Shown here one piece after another: positions 1-14,057 of a stretch of DNA of 64,000 nt; within the stretch, counting starts at the first letter, position 1, and each line of letters starts with the position of its first letter. Under the pieces are notes generated by a model. That model saw only the letters and a list, made by a program, of their open reading frames with translations. It searched no databases and was not told the origin of the DNA. Source of the DNA: Eledone cirrhosa. Taxonomy: Eukaryota. The DNA is taken from contig OZ024748.1 in assembly GCA_964016885.1 (NCBI GenBank), positions 15,314,001-15,378,000 of the forward strand, written 5' to 3'. The position numbers and the translations under genes are program-made.

Positions 1-32
1 ATATTTTATTATTATAATAATCTAAATACAAG

Positions 33-185
33 GGAGTGAATTGGAAAAGTCGTTAGAATGTCAGAGAGAATGCTTGGCAGTATATTCTGGCTGTCTTCAC
101 TCTGGGCTCAAATAAAACAAAGGTCAATTTTGCCTTCTTTTCAAAATCAATAAAGTACCAGTCCTGTGCTGAGGTCAGTTCTTTC
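33..185 (+). mobile_element. Diverged tRNA-derived SINE, family A
   Basis: Decayed head, aggtcaattttgccttc core and ataaagtaccagt segment shared with the intact copy at 61848-62043. Confidence 0.6.
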
Positions 186-219
186 TTTTTCTCTTTTTCA
201 CTTGCAGTCTCAGTCTCTC

Positions 220-672
220 TCGACACTTTACAGAGTGTAATCAGTGCTTATTGTCATGGCACCAGCTCTACCAGATTACAGAATTGAGTGAGTGAATTCT
301 ATTATGGCATTAGCTTTAGAGAGGTTTTAATCTGCTTGGCCAGAATAAAGAGCTCTCTCTCTACTCTATATTGTTTCTGTTTGATTGCCTACCACATTGC
401 TGAGTGTATTGGGTGCATTCTATCATGGCACCAACACTGGAGAAACTGCCATGTGCTACACCAGGGCCAAGAATACACTCTGCTCTATATCATCTGTTTG
501 ATTGCCGACCACATTACTAAGTGTACTGGGTGCATTCATTTATGGCACCAAAACTGGAGAGACTGCCATATGCTTGGCCAGAGTGAAGAATACTCCTTGC
601 CCTATATTATCTCTGCTTCATTGCCAACCATATTACTAAGTGTACGGGATGCATTCTATCAAGGCATGAATA
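220..672. repeat. ~118-bp minisatellite, 3-4 units
   Basis: ctgtttgattgcc-like motif recurs at 377, 494 and 613; each unit carries gtgtactgggtgcatt..atggcacca; explains the repetitive ORF 288..680. Confidence 0.8.
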
Positions 673-1374
673 CTGTTTAATCATAACATTTTTATTTGAT
701 TGCCCTCCCAAAATGTTATCTTATACAGAAATCAAAATCTACAATACACAGCTAATCAATAGAATTAACACCTAACACAAAATATTTATTTGATATGATT
801 TATCAGTTACATTAGGATATTTAGATTAAATGATTCTATATATTTAAATATCACACTAATAAAAAATACAACATTGAATACAAAACCAGTTTCATATCCT
901 TTATTTCAATTTTGCTTGTCTTTGATCTTATTTCAACACTAGAATTTCATTTTCATTCACAGAGATTAAAATATTCCAAAACTAAGATTCCGATCAATGA
1001 AATTTATTTATTATTTTTATCCATATTATTATTACCAATAAAATAAAGCACCAGAACTGGGGTAATTGCTGGTCTTGTGCCAAAAGTAGAAACAATTAAT
1101 TTTATTATTATCATCATCATTATTTTTTTAACCTTTTAGATACCAATCCATCAAAAATGCAACCCTGGTTCTATAAAACAAAATTAACCCATCCAACATA
1201 ATTTTGTAGAAGAATCTTCTTTCATTACTATCTCAGTAATGAAATATTTTATAATTTTAGTAAATCCCTCAAACTTCTTCGTCAATTAATTGAGATGGGG
1301 AGGATTTCTTCCAAAGCACCTAAGAGAAAAATACCTGCAACTGGGCCATCCATTTAGTTTTCATCTTAAACAAG

Positions 1375-1657
1375 TTGCAGGCATAGCTCTGTGGTTAGGA
1401 AGTTTGTTTCACAACCACATGATTCTGGATTTAGACCAGCTGTATGGCATCTTGGAGAAATGCTTTCTACTATAGACTTAGGTGGGCCAATGCCTGCGAG
1501 TGGAATTTGCTAAGTGGAACCTGCAGAAGCCTATCATGTATATAAGGGTGTGTGATTGTGTTTCTGTTTCATAATTTACCAGTGTGACAAAAGAGTGATT
1601 GATTACATCAAGACAGGGCTCTAGTATGGCCATAGTCAAATAACTGAAACCAGTAAA
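1375..1657 (+). mobile_element. tRNA-derived SINE, family C
   Basis: Head gcaggcatagctctgtggttaggaag and tail atggccatagtcaaataactgaaaccagtaaaa; related pieces near 18085, 35352, 44675, 46600 and 57230. Confidence 0.7.
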
Positions 1658-1844
1658 ATAATTGTTTCTACTTTTGGCACAAGGACAGCAATTATCCCAG
1701 TGCATTACTGGTACTTTATTTTATCGACCCCGTAAGGATGAAAGGCAAAGTTAACCTCAGCAGGATTTGAACTGAGACTGCAAAGGGGCGTAACTCCATG
1801 TTTCAAAGCATAGCATCCAACCCTCTCCCGATACTGCCAATCCA
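1657..1844 (-). mobile_element. tRNA-derived SINE, family A
   Basis: Reverse complement of the 61848-62043 element including B-box, gcctttcatccttacggggtcgataaaataaagtacc core and tail. Confidence 0.85.
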
Positions 1845-1879
1845 ATAATAAAAGAATAAAAGCATAAGCTTCCTACAAA

Positions 1880-2091
1880 ATAATTATTTCTACTTTTGGA
1901 ACAAGGCCAGCAATTTAAAGGTAAGAAGAGAATCAAATAAATTGACCCCACTGCCTTACTTTATTTTATCAACATCATAAGAATGAAAAACAAAGCTAAC
2001 GTCAGCAGGATTTGAACTCAGAACATAAAGGGATGTAACGATGCTGCAAAGCATGTTGTCCAATGCTTTACTGATACTGTCAATCCACTGT
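1880..2091 (-). mobile_element. tRNA-derived SINE, family A (diverged)
   Basis: Same head, B-box (ggatttgaactc on + strand) and tail as the neighbouring copy. Confidence 0.75.
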
Positions 2092-2254
2092 AATGTCTAA
2101 AATAATGAGACTGAGAAAGCAATGCCCTCTCTTATTTAATGATATCCATAATGGCTTTTCTGTAGAGCTAGAAACAGTACTATATTTTTTTTTCATCAGA
2201 TCTTTTCACCATTTGTTTGACCATGTGAGATGTGAGATTAGCATTAACCTTAAT

Positions 2255-2400
2255 ATAATGGGATTGACAGAAAGTTGGGATTATAGCAGATAACTTCCAT
2301 TCCATATCACTGACCAAACAACTTCTAGCAGAAGAAAAGCCATTGAAATGTCAGTGTGAACTGGAATATAAAATGAGAGAGATCTACCAAGACAGCATAT
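2255..2400 (+). pseudogene. Possible piggyBac transposase fossil
   Basis: Reads IIADNFHSISLTKQLLAE then, shifted, V*TGI*NERDLP; resembles the piggyBac DNFFTS..LA..L....GT.R.NR..LP segment. Confidence 0.35.
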
Positions 2401-3954
2401 AATTATTTCTTAGACCAATATATTGCAGAGAAATAGAAATAAAGATCTTATTACCAACAATACTTTGGTAAAGAAATATTCAGGCAGTAAACATTACAAA
2501 AAAGGGTGATAAAGGGATAGAAGCTGAGTTAACAAACAATTACCAGTAACAACCTCATACAGTTGGCTGTCATCATCAAACAAAAAAAATTCATCACTTA
2601 TTTTTCAGCAATGATGGCGCACAGGTTTGCAACATAGATCTTATTTTTCTTGGCTGATCTAATGGACTAGTCAACCAGAATTTATATTTTGAGTGGGGGT
2701 GATGCTGAACCAATATCTTGGTGTATTATTATGGTATGCTAAAACATCCAACTAAGCCAGATGTTCAACCACCTACTTAAGTATTCTGTCATTACCTACA
2801 TCTAAGACATGGAGCAATAAATTTAGAAACTTCCTGTTGCACTTCCAAAACCTACAACAGCCTAACATATGCATCAAGAGACATATATTATACAAATATT
2901 GAGGTGGTGAATTGGCAGAGTTGTTAGAGTGTAGGACCAAATGCTTAATACATTTGATACTAAAATGCTTGAAACCACACTTGGTTCTATGGTACACAAG
3001 TGTTTATTTTAAAGAAATTATGTTTTTCTAAAAACCTTACATCATAATTTTATGAAAGAACCTTTGATAAGTTATGTTCCAAACACCAAGAAAGTTAGTT
3101 ATGTCATTAAATCCCTTAAAATTATTTAAAATACATAAGCAGTATATTCCATTATAAATATGGTATCAGTAGGGCTAAACCAGCATGAAAATGTACATAA
3201 ATGATGATGATGATTATGATGTATATGTATGTAGTGTCGAGAGATATAAATATTTAGATGTAAAATATTTAGTGTAAAAAATATATGTATAATCACTACT
3301 TTATCTAAAAGACATTATCTTAATGAGATTACAGTTTGTTAGTCAACTTTAATGACTGTAATAGCTGTGAAAGGTAATCAGATGATTAAATGTAAATTTG
3401 ACAGGCAAGAAGTTTTAAAATTGACCTGAGAAAATGTCACATATTGCAATCCTCAATTTGAAAAATAATCAATACCGCAAGCCTTAAAAACGAAATATTT
3501 CTCACTTAATGAAAGTTTGATACAGAAATAGGGGAGCAATTTGTTATTTCATCTTGACGTAATGAGCATAATGAGATCTATGAGCATTTGGAATAACATG
3601 CCAATTTGCATCCAATGTTAGCTAATTAAGACTTAATTAATGACACCTGATATTCCTACAAGTAAATAAATAATGATGGTAGCAACTTGATGAAAATATC
3701 TTATGAAGCCTTAAGGCATTGACTAAATATTGCCGAGTTTCTCACAAGATTTCTATAGAGATAAATTGAATTCATTGTTAATATGGTTCAGTTGTAAAGA
3801 TAATTGCCAAGAAATGATAATTATGCAAACAGACAGGAAATAAATTAAACATTGCAACAGTTTTGTCCAACCTCCAGGTGTAACAATATTTAGCTAACTA
3901 TAGACTTCAGACAACACAATATATGTATATATATAAACTTTTAGCTAAATGTCA

Positions 3955-4110
3955 ACTGGTGAATTGGCAGTGCCATTAGAACAAGAAACATATGTATTTG
4001 TTTCAGTTCTCTGCACTCTCGAGTTCAAATCTTGTCAAGGTTTAACTTTGTCATTCATCTTTTTGAGGTTGATAAATAAAGTACAAAGCCAGTACTAGAG
4101 TTGATTCTTC
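3955..4110 (+). mobile_element. Diverged SINE, family A
   Basis: ggtgaattggcag head, gagttcaaatc B-box, actttgtcattcatc core. Confidence 0.65.
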
Positions 4111-4262
4111 TCTCTCTCTCTCGATCTGTCTATCTTCTAGAAGAATTGGCTGTGTAAAGACAATTACATAACTCCTACAAGAAAATCTTGATTTCGTACG
4201 AGTAAAACAGTTCTAGTTTTGTATAAGTCATTTATATAATAAAATAAATAAATATATATATA

Positions 4263-4363
4263 TAGGGTGTCCCCAAAAAATGTATATACACTTCAACAAC
4301 ATTCTAATAAATATTGCCTGTACAGATAATCAAAGTGTGTATACATTTTAGGGGGATAACCTG
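4263..4363. mobile_element. Tc1/mariner-type MITE
   Basis: TIRs tagggtgtccccaaaaaatgtatatacactt / aagtgtgtatacattttagggggataacctg with TA on both sides. Confidence 0.8.
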
Positions 4364-5389
4364 TATATAACACAAATTTATACTATTTCAATCTTAAAAA
4401 AGAAAAGATTTCGATGAGAGTTGCCCCAATTTATTGTATATTTTCTTTTGTGTGTGTGTGTGATTTAATTGTCTCTGTAATGCAATCTTTGAATGATTCG
4501 ATACCTGTAAAATATATTTGTGAGTTCCACAATATTTTGAAAGTCATTTCGGCATCACTGCCTTAGATAATTACATAAATTATAGTGTAGTAGAATTGTC
4601 AGTAAAATATGAATAATTTCAGATATCTGAAATACTTTTATAACTTATATTAAAGATGTTCCTGCAAAAAAAAAATATATATTTTCTTGGTATTATATAG
4701 TTAAACAATTTTGAGATAACACTATTATTTCCTGCTATTAAATTCAAACTAATCTTTGGATTAATCCTTATATTCACTAGGAAATCTTTTTCTTTTTAAA
4801 ATTTGTATCTAAGAAATCTGCATAGCCATTAGAAAAAGTATTTAAATTTTAAATTAGATTTCAGAAAATTAAGTAAAATTATTTTTATTGTTGATAAAGA
4901 TTTATTGAAATGTCTGAGAAGATGCCAAGAATTAATGCAAAAACATGCAACATTTACTTGGCTATACTTAAATAAAGTTGGCACTGGTTAAAGGTCATTT
5001 TAACTTTTTCAAAATATAGCCAACAAAAGTTTCTTTGATCTAATAATTCATTCTAATAATACAAAATAACCTTAGTAGAAAATTTGAAAATATCTCTCTA
5101 GTCTCTAATGATAATTTCAATATTGGTCAATCCTAGATATAATTCTCTATTATTAAAATCTGTGTCCATATTTTGAATGAATATTCCCTTACTTAATCAG
5201 AAGTCTGAGGTTTAGTAAAAAAAATAACATTTTAACATCTATAATCATAAGAGATTATTGCCATATATTATGACTAGTTGAAATTATTCTAATTGCATCA
5301 AGTAAGGTCACAATAGAAAATGATTGGGGTGTTAGACACACACACAGAGAAGGGTAAAGTTTTAAGATAATAATAATAATGACAATAAT

Positions 5390-5655
5390 GAAGATAACGA
5401 ATGTGGATGTTGAAGACAGAAACAATACCTATAATTATAGGTGCTCCGGGAATGATAAAAAAGCATGCAAACAGATACATAACCAAAACTCCAGGACTTA
5501 CAAATATATACAACATACAAAAAAATAGTACTACTAGGCACCACACACATATTACGAAGAGTACTCTCAATAGAACAAATACCACCAAAAAACCACACTG
5601 TACATATTCAAGGTGCACAGAGCTGCGCTCAGTAATACAGTGATAACACGCAAAA
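5390..5655 (+). mobile_element. 5'-truncated R4/Dong-like non-LTR retrotransposon (C-terminus of RLE domain plus 3' UTR)
   Basis: MWMLKTETIPIIIGAPGMIKK...IQK then, after a 1-nt frameshift, IVLLGTTHILRRVLS; (TAA)n on both flanks. Confidence 0.75.
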
Positions 5656-5935
5656 TAATAATAATACTGATGATGATGATGATGAACTCTTTTCCTACAC
5701 AAATTTGAAAAAAGAAAATTATGTGCAGCACGGCTACTGGGAGAAATAACAGAAATGCATTATAATTGCAAGTCTCAATAATAACTATGTAATTATCTTA
5801 CTATGTCACAATCTTGCTAAGTTTTTGTGTTGAATACAAATATATTGGTGGCTCTACTACAAAACAAATTAAACTTAAGTTGCAGGGGAGGATGAGCCCT
5901 CCAAATTGTATAAGGTGTCCTCATAACAGTTCACT

Positions 5936-6122
5936 GATGAAGATGATGATAGTGATGATGATGATGAAAAGGATGATGAAAATTATGATGAAAATTATGA
6001 TGATGATAATGAAAATGATGTTGATGATGATGCTGATACAGATGACGAAAATGATGTTAATGATGATGATGATAATAATACTAATAAAGCTACAGCTGCT
6101 GATGATAATGATGATAATGATT
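5936..6122. repeat. Degenerate (GAT/AAT)n low-complexity tract
   Basis: Trinucleotide periodicity visible directly; source of ORFs 5814..6221 and 5921..6133. Confidence 0.85.
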
Positions 6123-6518
6123 AATCTGAACAAAATACTTCAAAATGGCAAGATTCAAGTAGTAGATATTTCAGAAATGGTGTCAAATTCATTCAATACA
6201 ATATTAATTCTGTTGCCATGAAGGAATCCATATTGTGTACTTCAGTTCACAGCTAACCATACTGTAGTTGAAAACTGACATCTTACATGTTCACAGATGG
6301 TAACGTTGAGAGATAGAATCTGCCAAACTTGTTAAACCATAAACAAAATGAAATTCTTTACATATACATAACCACTTTACAAAAACCCCTATCACTTTTA
6401 CATCAGCACTACTAATAGGAAAATGTTTTTATAGTAACATTCTGTTTTAACCATGTTCCACAATACTTTACAACAAATATTTTCTCTAAACTTTGCATCT
6501 ACTACTACAGTACTGTTC

Positions 6519-7116
6519 AGTGGTATTAGATAAAGGTATACCAGATCAGAGGTGGTAGTTGTAGTAGTGGTGGTGGTGGGGCTCAGGTAAACTACTCTCA
6601 AGTGGTATTAGATAAAGGTAGACCAGATCAGAGGTGATAGTTGTAGTAGTGGTGGTGGTGGGGCTCAGGTAAACTACTCTCAAGTGGTATTAGATAAAGG
6701 TAGACCAGATCAAAGGTGGTAGTTGTGGTGGTGGTGGAGCTCAGGTAAACCACTCTTAAGTGGTATTAGATAAAATGTAGACCAGAACAGAGGTGGTGGT
6801 TGTGATGGTTGTGGTAGTGGTGGTTGTGGTTGTGGTAGTGGTGGTTGTGGTAGTGGTGGTTGTGGTAGTTGTGGTAGTGGTGGTAGGGGTAGTTGTGGTA
6901 GTGCTGGTTGTGGTAGTGCTGGTTGTGGTAGTGGTGGTGATGGTTGTGGTGGGGCTCAGGTAGACCACTCTTAAATAGTATTAGATAAATGTAGGCCAGA
7001 AAAGAGGTGATAGTTGTGATGGTAGTGCTTGTGGGGCTCAGGTAGAACACTGTTAAGTGATATTAGATAAAGTTAAGCCAGAATAAAGGTGGTTATGGTA
7101 TGGGTCAGGTAGACCA
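6519..7116. repeat. ~82-bp minisatellite with internal (GGT/AGT)n expansion
   Basis: agtggtattagataaa-like motif at 6519, 6601, 6683, 6759, ~6975 and 7056. Confidence 0.9.
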
Positions 7117-7279
7117 TTTGGCATGAACCTAAAATTTGCAGTCCTACTCGCCTCAAGTTTTAATTCTTATACTCTGTTTTCACATTTGTAAATACATCAT
7201 GTACACTAACTACATTTACATGTTTATATCTGTAACTCACAGATAAACCATGTGTATTTAGCATTGATTACTAAAACAT

Positions 7280-7508
7280 TTAACTCTTAACATTCTATAA
7301 TGATTTAGCAGAAATTGTCTAATATCGGGTTTGTTAATTCAAATAATTATAGATTTATATCTTTACTAGAGGGCAGATTGTTGTGAATATTTGCAATATT
7401 AGAAAAAAAGACTAATTTTTAATGTGATGAAGTCATGGTGCTGTTTTTAACTTTTCAAGAATGTCTTGCTAATGTGTTTTTCATGTTGTGTGGGGTGTTA
7501 AGAGTTAA
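7280..7508. mobile_element. TTAA-flanked (piggyBac-like) MITE
   Basis: ttaactcttaaca ... tgttaagagttaa termini; right part recurs near 47700-47780. Confidence 0.7.
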
Positions 7509-7686
7509 TGAGCAGTTTACAGTTAACAGCTTTGGAGACCTAAATTGTAACCTGCTACACTTAATGCTGAGTGAATGAATTATGTATTTTTTACTGTGCA
7601 GGCTTTCCATGGTGGAATCAGAAGTGTACTGAGTCTTGCAATTAACCTGGCCATCCAAGCTACACTGACAAACAGATTGCTCACTA

Positions 7687-7872
7687 TTAACCCTTTAGCA
7701 TTTACATTACTCTATATTTCTCACATAATAACGAATCTATGAGACTTTGATATGATTTATTTTGAGATCAATACCTTAACATAAGTATGAGTGGCCAGTT
7801 ACAGTCAGTTTGAACAGAAAGAAGTAAGAGAATTCTGGCCAGATGCAGCTGGTTTAAATGCTAAAGAGCTAA
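7687..7872. mobile_element. piggyBac-like MITE
   Basis: ttaaccctttagcattta ... taaatgctaaagagctaa termini. Confidence 0.7.
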
Positions 7873-8515
7873 GAGGTGGATTCTATTTTCCTTACAATTT
7901 TTGTACAGTGTTTATATTATCAGTTTCTTTGTTTTGTTTTTTTTACATTTTTTAACATTTTTCTACAACTTTTGTTTTATATTGCCAAAATATCCAGTGG
8001 GCCAGTCCACTTCTGAATGGAAGACTCAACAGGATAGAGACATTAAGGGTGTTGCTACAAGGCTATACCGATGATATACATATGTCCAAAAACTTTTGCA
8101 ATGTAGAAAAGTACATCAGAGTTATAACAAAATAAATTAGCAAAGAAATTCTATAATTTAAATCAGAAAATTATTTCAGACATTTAAAAATTCTTCATAG
8201 AATTTATATATTATTATTCCTATTTTACAAAACCACATATACAAAAACATATATATATATATATGCACAGACATGAATTTATAGTATTCACTCCATTTCA
8301 CTTGATGCAATACATTTACCAAAATAACAAGACAAAAAATGCCAGATAAATAGAATAATGGTTTCCATTTACTTGAAGATTCCAAACTTATTTGTTATGT
8401 TTTCTAAATACTGTAATCATAATATATTCTGAAAACCTACCCATAATTTATATGTGTTTGGGTGTTTGTGGGTGTGTGTCTGTCTAGGTATGTATACTAC
8501 ATATGTGTATCTATG

Positions 8516-8569
<54 letters not shown>

Positions 8570-8856
8570 TATGTATGTGTGTGTATATGTGAAAAAGATT
8601 CAGCAGATTTTCTCTCTTCGATTATTCATTTTAGGACAAATATTCTATTGCATTTGTCAGTCATTAATATTTTAGAACCCTGCATGAATAGATAGATAAA
8701 GAATGAGGGTGGAGTGACTGATGCAATATCGAATATGGATATATAAACGTGATGTGTTATTTATTTAATCTGACACACACACACACACACACATTCCATA
8801 TATTTGTTTCATTTCATTATAATTTTTGTAAAATAAAACAAAATCAAATTTAAAGA

Positions 8857-9088
8857 AATAATAATAATAATGGTTTCTTATATAGGCAAACGGCCAGCAA
8901 ATTTGGGGTGAGGAGAAAGTCGATTAAATCGACCCCTGTACGTGACTGGTACTTTATTTTTTTGACCCTGTAAGGATGAAAGGCAAAGTTAACCTCAGCA
9001 GGATTTGAACTCAGATCATAAAAGGTCGTAACTCTATGCTGCAAAGCATGGCGTCTGACCCTCTACCGATACTGCCAATCCACTGCCC

Positions 9089-9137
<49 letters not shown>

Positions 9138-9248
9138 TGTTTCTACTTTAGGCACAAGGCCAGCAATTACCCAGTTCATTACTGGTACTTTATTTTATCG
9201 ACCCCGTAAGGATGAAAGGCAAAGACAACCTCGGCGGGATTTGAACTC
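8857..9248 (-). mobile_element. Two tandem family A SINEs (full copy 8857-9088, 5'-truncated copy 9089-9248 with long (AAT)n tail)
   Basis: Both contain the core ggtactttatttt..gacccc/tgtaaggatgaaaggcaaag and the B-box. Confidence 0.85.
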
Positions 9249-9282
9249 ATAATAATGATAATAATAATGAAACAAAAAATAT

Positions 9283-9419
9283 TATAAATATATAAATATA
9301 TATATATATACATAAATATATATATACACATATATATATACACATATATACATATATATATATACACACATATATATATATATATATACACATATATATA
9401 TTTATATATACATATACAT

Positions 9420-9462
<43 letters not shown>

Positions 9463-9587
9463 AATATATATATACACATATATATATACATATACACATA
9501 TACACATATATATATACACATATATATATATACACATATATATATACATATATATACACACATATATATATATACATATATATACAC

Positions 9588-9620
<33 letters not shown>

Positions 9621-9703
9621 TATATATATACATATATATATACACATATATATATATACATATATATATATACACATATATATATACATATATATATATA
9701 CAC

Positions 9704-9734
<31 letters not shown>

Positions 9735-9903
9735 TATATACATATATATATATACACACATATATATATATATACATATATATACACATATATATATACA
9801 TATATATATATACACACATATATATATATATACATATATATACACATATATATATATATACATATATATACACATATATATATACATATATATATATACA
9901 CAC

Positions 9904-9934
<31 letters not shown>

Positions 9935-10497
9935 CACATATATATATACATATATATATATATACACATATATATATACATATATATATATATACACATA
10001 TATATATACATATATATATATACACACATATATATATACATATATATATATATACACATATATATATACATATATATATATATACACATATATATATACA
10101 TATATATATACACATATATATATACATATATATATATACACATATATATATACATATATATATATACACACATATATATATACATATACACACATATATA
10201 AAAATATATATATATATACATATACATATACATACATATATATATATACACATATATATATATATATATACACATATATATATATATATATACATATACA
10301 TACATATATATATATACACACATATATATATATATATATACATATACATACATATATATATATATACATATATATATACACATATATATATATATACATA
10401 TATATATATACACATATATATATATACATATATATATATACATATATATATATACATATATATATATACATATATATATATACATATATATATATAC

Positions 10498-10580
<83 letters not shown>

Positions 10581-11652
10581 CATATATATACATATATATA
10601 TACATATACATATATATATATATATACAAATATATATATGTATATAAATATACATATATATATGTATACATATACATATATATATATATATATACATATA
10701 TATACATATATATATACATATACATATATATATATACATATACATATATATATACATATATATATACATATACATATATACATATACAAACATATACATA
10801 TATATATATACATATATATACATATATATATACATATATAGATATATATATATACATATACATATATATACATATACATAGATATACATATACATATACA
10901 TTTATATATATACATATACATACCTATATATACATACATATACATATACATACATATATATACATACACATATACATACATATATATACATACATATACA
11001 TATATATATACATACATAAATATACATCTACATACATAAATATACATATACATATACATACATAAATATATATATACATACATATACATATATATATACA
11101 TATACATATATATACATACATAAATATACATACATACACATATATATATATATATATACATATATATATACATATACATATATATACATACATAAATATA
11201 CATACATACATATACATACATATACATATATATATATATATATATACATATATATACATATACATACATATACATATATATATATATATATACATATATA
11301 TACATATACATACATAAATATACATATACATACATATACGTATATATATACATATATATATTTATACATATATACATATATATACATATATATATATATA
11401 TATACATATATATATAAATACACATATATATAAATACATATATACATATATATATATACATATACATATATATAAATATATACATATATACATATATATA
11501 TACATATACATATATACATATATATATACATATATACATACATATATATATATACATATACATATATACATATATACATATACATATATATATATATACA
11601 TATGTATACATATGTATATACACATATACATATATATATATATATATATATT
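9283..11652. repeat. ~2.4-kb compound (TA)n/(TACA)n microsatellite
   Basis: Almost pure purine-pyrimidine alternation; produces all Y/I/M/C/V ORFs here. Confidence 0.98.
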
Positions 11653-11798
11653 CCTACTATTCAGCTATAATTTTTACCAGTTACGAATCATTAATTTATC
11701 ATAGTTTCTATTTTGTTGTTTTGTTTAATTTTATTTAGTATTTTTTCTTAGCTTTCAGTCGATATTAGGGCAGTAAAATATGCCAGACAGAACAACTA

Positions 11799-11840
<42 letters not shown>

Positions 11841-12283
11841 ACATATATATATATAAACATACATATTTATATATATATAAGTAACATATACTTATATATT
11901 GCATCAGGTGCCTTTCTTTATCTATACAATATGAGATGAAGAGAAGTAAAAAAAAAAAAAAAAAATTTTAAATAATAAATTTTGAAAAAATGAATTTAAT
12001 ACATTTTTTTTATATTTACGTTTGAATATGTTCACTTTTCTCTCTTTTTAAAAGGAATAAATAAAAGAAGAAAAAAATATAGAAACAAAAAAACTAAAAT
12101 AAAATTAAAAAAACATACTTTAAACTACATGAAGGTAGTAAGCTACATAAAACAGATTAATGGAAAATGTATGAAGCAATTTACAGAAATCAATACTTAA
12201 TGGCTTGCTAATATAAAAGTATTCGAGGGTGATTTAGATACATAATTCATACTTGGTATACTAGTGTAATTTTAATGCCAGGG

Positions 12284-12287
<4 letters not shown>

Positions 12288-12334
<47 letters not shown>

Positions 12335-12520
12335 CATACATACACATATATGCTCACACAGGCAATAATATATATATAAATAAATACATACATGCACATA
12401 TATGCTCACACAGACATATATATATATATATAAATAAATACATACATGCACATATATGCTCACACAGGCAATCATATATATATATAAATAAATACATACA
12501 TGCACATATATGCTCACACA

Positions 12521-12553
<33 letters not shown>
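12288..12553. repeat. ~53-bp minisatellite embedded in (TA)n
   Basis: atatgctcacaca motif repeated four times. Confidence 0.85.
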
Positions 12554-12558
<5 letters not shown>

Positions 12559-13312
12559 AAACCTATCATGGAAAACCGACGTTAAATGATAATGATGATA
12601 TATATCATCATCATTACTGTTTTATGTCCTTTTTTTTCTTTCTGGCATGGGTTTGGTTGGTTGTCATGTTCTGAAACTAGACAGGTCTGATGAAACTGTT
12701 TTGCTCATACATTCCATTTTGCATGGTTTCTCTGGCTGGATACCTGTAGTCATGCCAACAACTTTACACAGTGTATTGGATGCATTTTATCATATCACAA
12801 GTACTGAATTTTACAGAGGTAAGTTGATGCATTTTATCATAGGACCAGTATTACAAAACTACATGTATATAATCATCATTGTTTGTATGTAGTTGCTCCC
12901 TTTACTATCATGTGTTGGACATGACAATTTGAAGCAGTCCTCCAAGAGGCCCTTTCTAATGCCAAACCATATAGTCACCTCTTATGATATGAAGAGATAT
13001 AGGATATCTATTCTAAAATCCAGGTAATCCAGGATAAACATTAGATGGAATAATATTGAATTTTTTTGTTGTTTTAACCAAATGACTATCAGATAAGATC
13101 TACTTTTTTTCTGTGTTGGCCTGGTTTTCTAAAATTTGAATTAATTGATATTATTAGAGTTATTTCCCTTGCTTGCTTCTACAAAGGGAATTATTTTCTT
13201 CAAATTTCTTCAAATTGCAAACTGAAAGGAAAATCTCAGTTAATTGAAGATTTTCTGCTGAGTACATTTCATATTGTATTATATGAAACTGTTATATATA
13301 TATATATATATA

Positions 13313-13411
13313 TGCAAGCAAGACAACCACTCTTGCCTCAAGTGGGAAAACTCCCGTCCAAACCCATGCAAGCGTGGAACATGGATGTTAAACGATGATG
13401 ATGATGATGAT
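13313..13411 (+). mobile_element. Short RTE 3' end with (GAT)n tail
   Basis: Nearly identical to 55457-55560. Confidence 0.85.
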
Positions 13412-13794
13412 ATATACACACACACACGTGCATTTATATATACATGTATATGTGTGCATGTATTATATATATATATACACATACACACTCACAAATATAC
13501 AATATATAGAATTGAGGTTGTTTTATTTCCTTCAGTTTTATGTTATTTCTGAAATTAAATTAGAACTAGTCTCAAAAGAAGAAAAATCTATGAAAATTTT
13601 TACATCAATAACTTAAGACAAATTTTCAAAGAAAATTAGCAATAATGAATGAAATCTAATTGAGGAATTTAGAAACAAGCAGAGCTTCAATATCAATCTA
13701 TGTGTGCCCACCCATCACATTTTTTACATAATTAGAAGAAATATTTTTGTGCATTAACAACCAAAACGTTAACCAATGAAATCAAAAGGAAATT

Positions 13795-14057
13795 TTCCAC
13801 TTTGTTACCATATTTCTAATGAACGACACTGTCTATAATTTTCAAAGTATTTTGAAAATAATCAAGCATTTCGAGGGAATTAGTGATGTAACTAATTTTC
13901 ATGTTATGAAGCTGTTGTTTGGAGCCTAACATTATGTAGGTTCTTACATTAAATTATGATGGAGGGTTTTTAGATAAATACACACTTTCTAAAATTAACA
14001 GGCTGATATCATAGAACCAGCTCTGTTTTCAGACACTTTACTATCAAAAGGGTTGAT
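13795..14057. mobile_element. piggyBac-like MITE, abundant local family
   Basis: tttgttaccatatttctaatgaa ... tatcaaaagggttga; inverted relative to 37254-37505. Confidence 0.65.

Noticed and set aside
5930-6124. Asp-rich acidic terminal exon
   Set aside because: Indistinguishable from the degenerate (GAT)n tracts common throughout the window; no supporting exons
6398-7050. Thr-rich mucin-like or His-rich peptides
   Set aside because: The 82-bp unit is not a multiple of 3 and stops recur across the units
6519-7116. CRISPR-like repeat-spacer appearance
   Set aside because: The variable parts are related microsatellite tracts, the context is eukaryotic, and there are no cas genes
8176-8410. 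Minus-strand hydrophobic signal/anchor-like ORF
   Set aside because: Stop codons just upstream, runs into (TA)n, no partner exons; hydrophobicity is expected from T-rich DNA
9179-11631. Long ORFs up to 814 aa
   Set aside because: Translations of (TA)n/(TG)n microsatellite that are open in several frames; the same applies to 60194-61624 and 63652-63987
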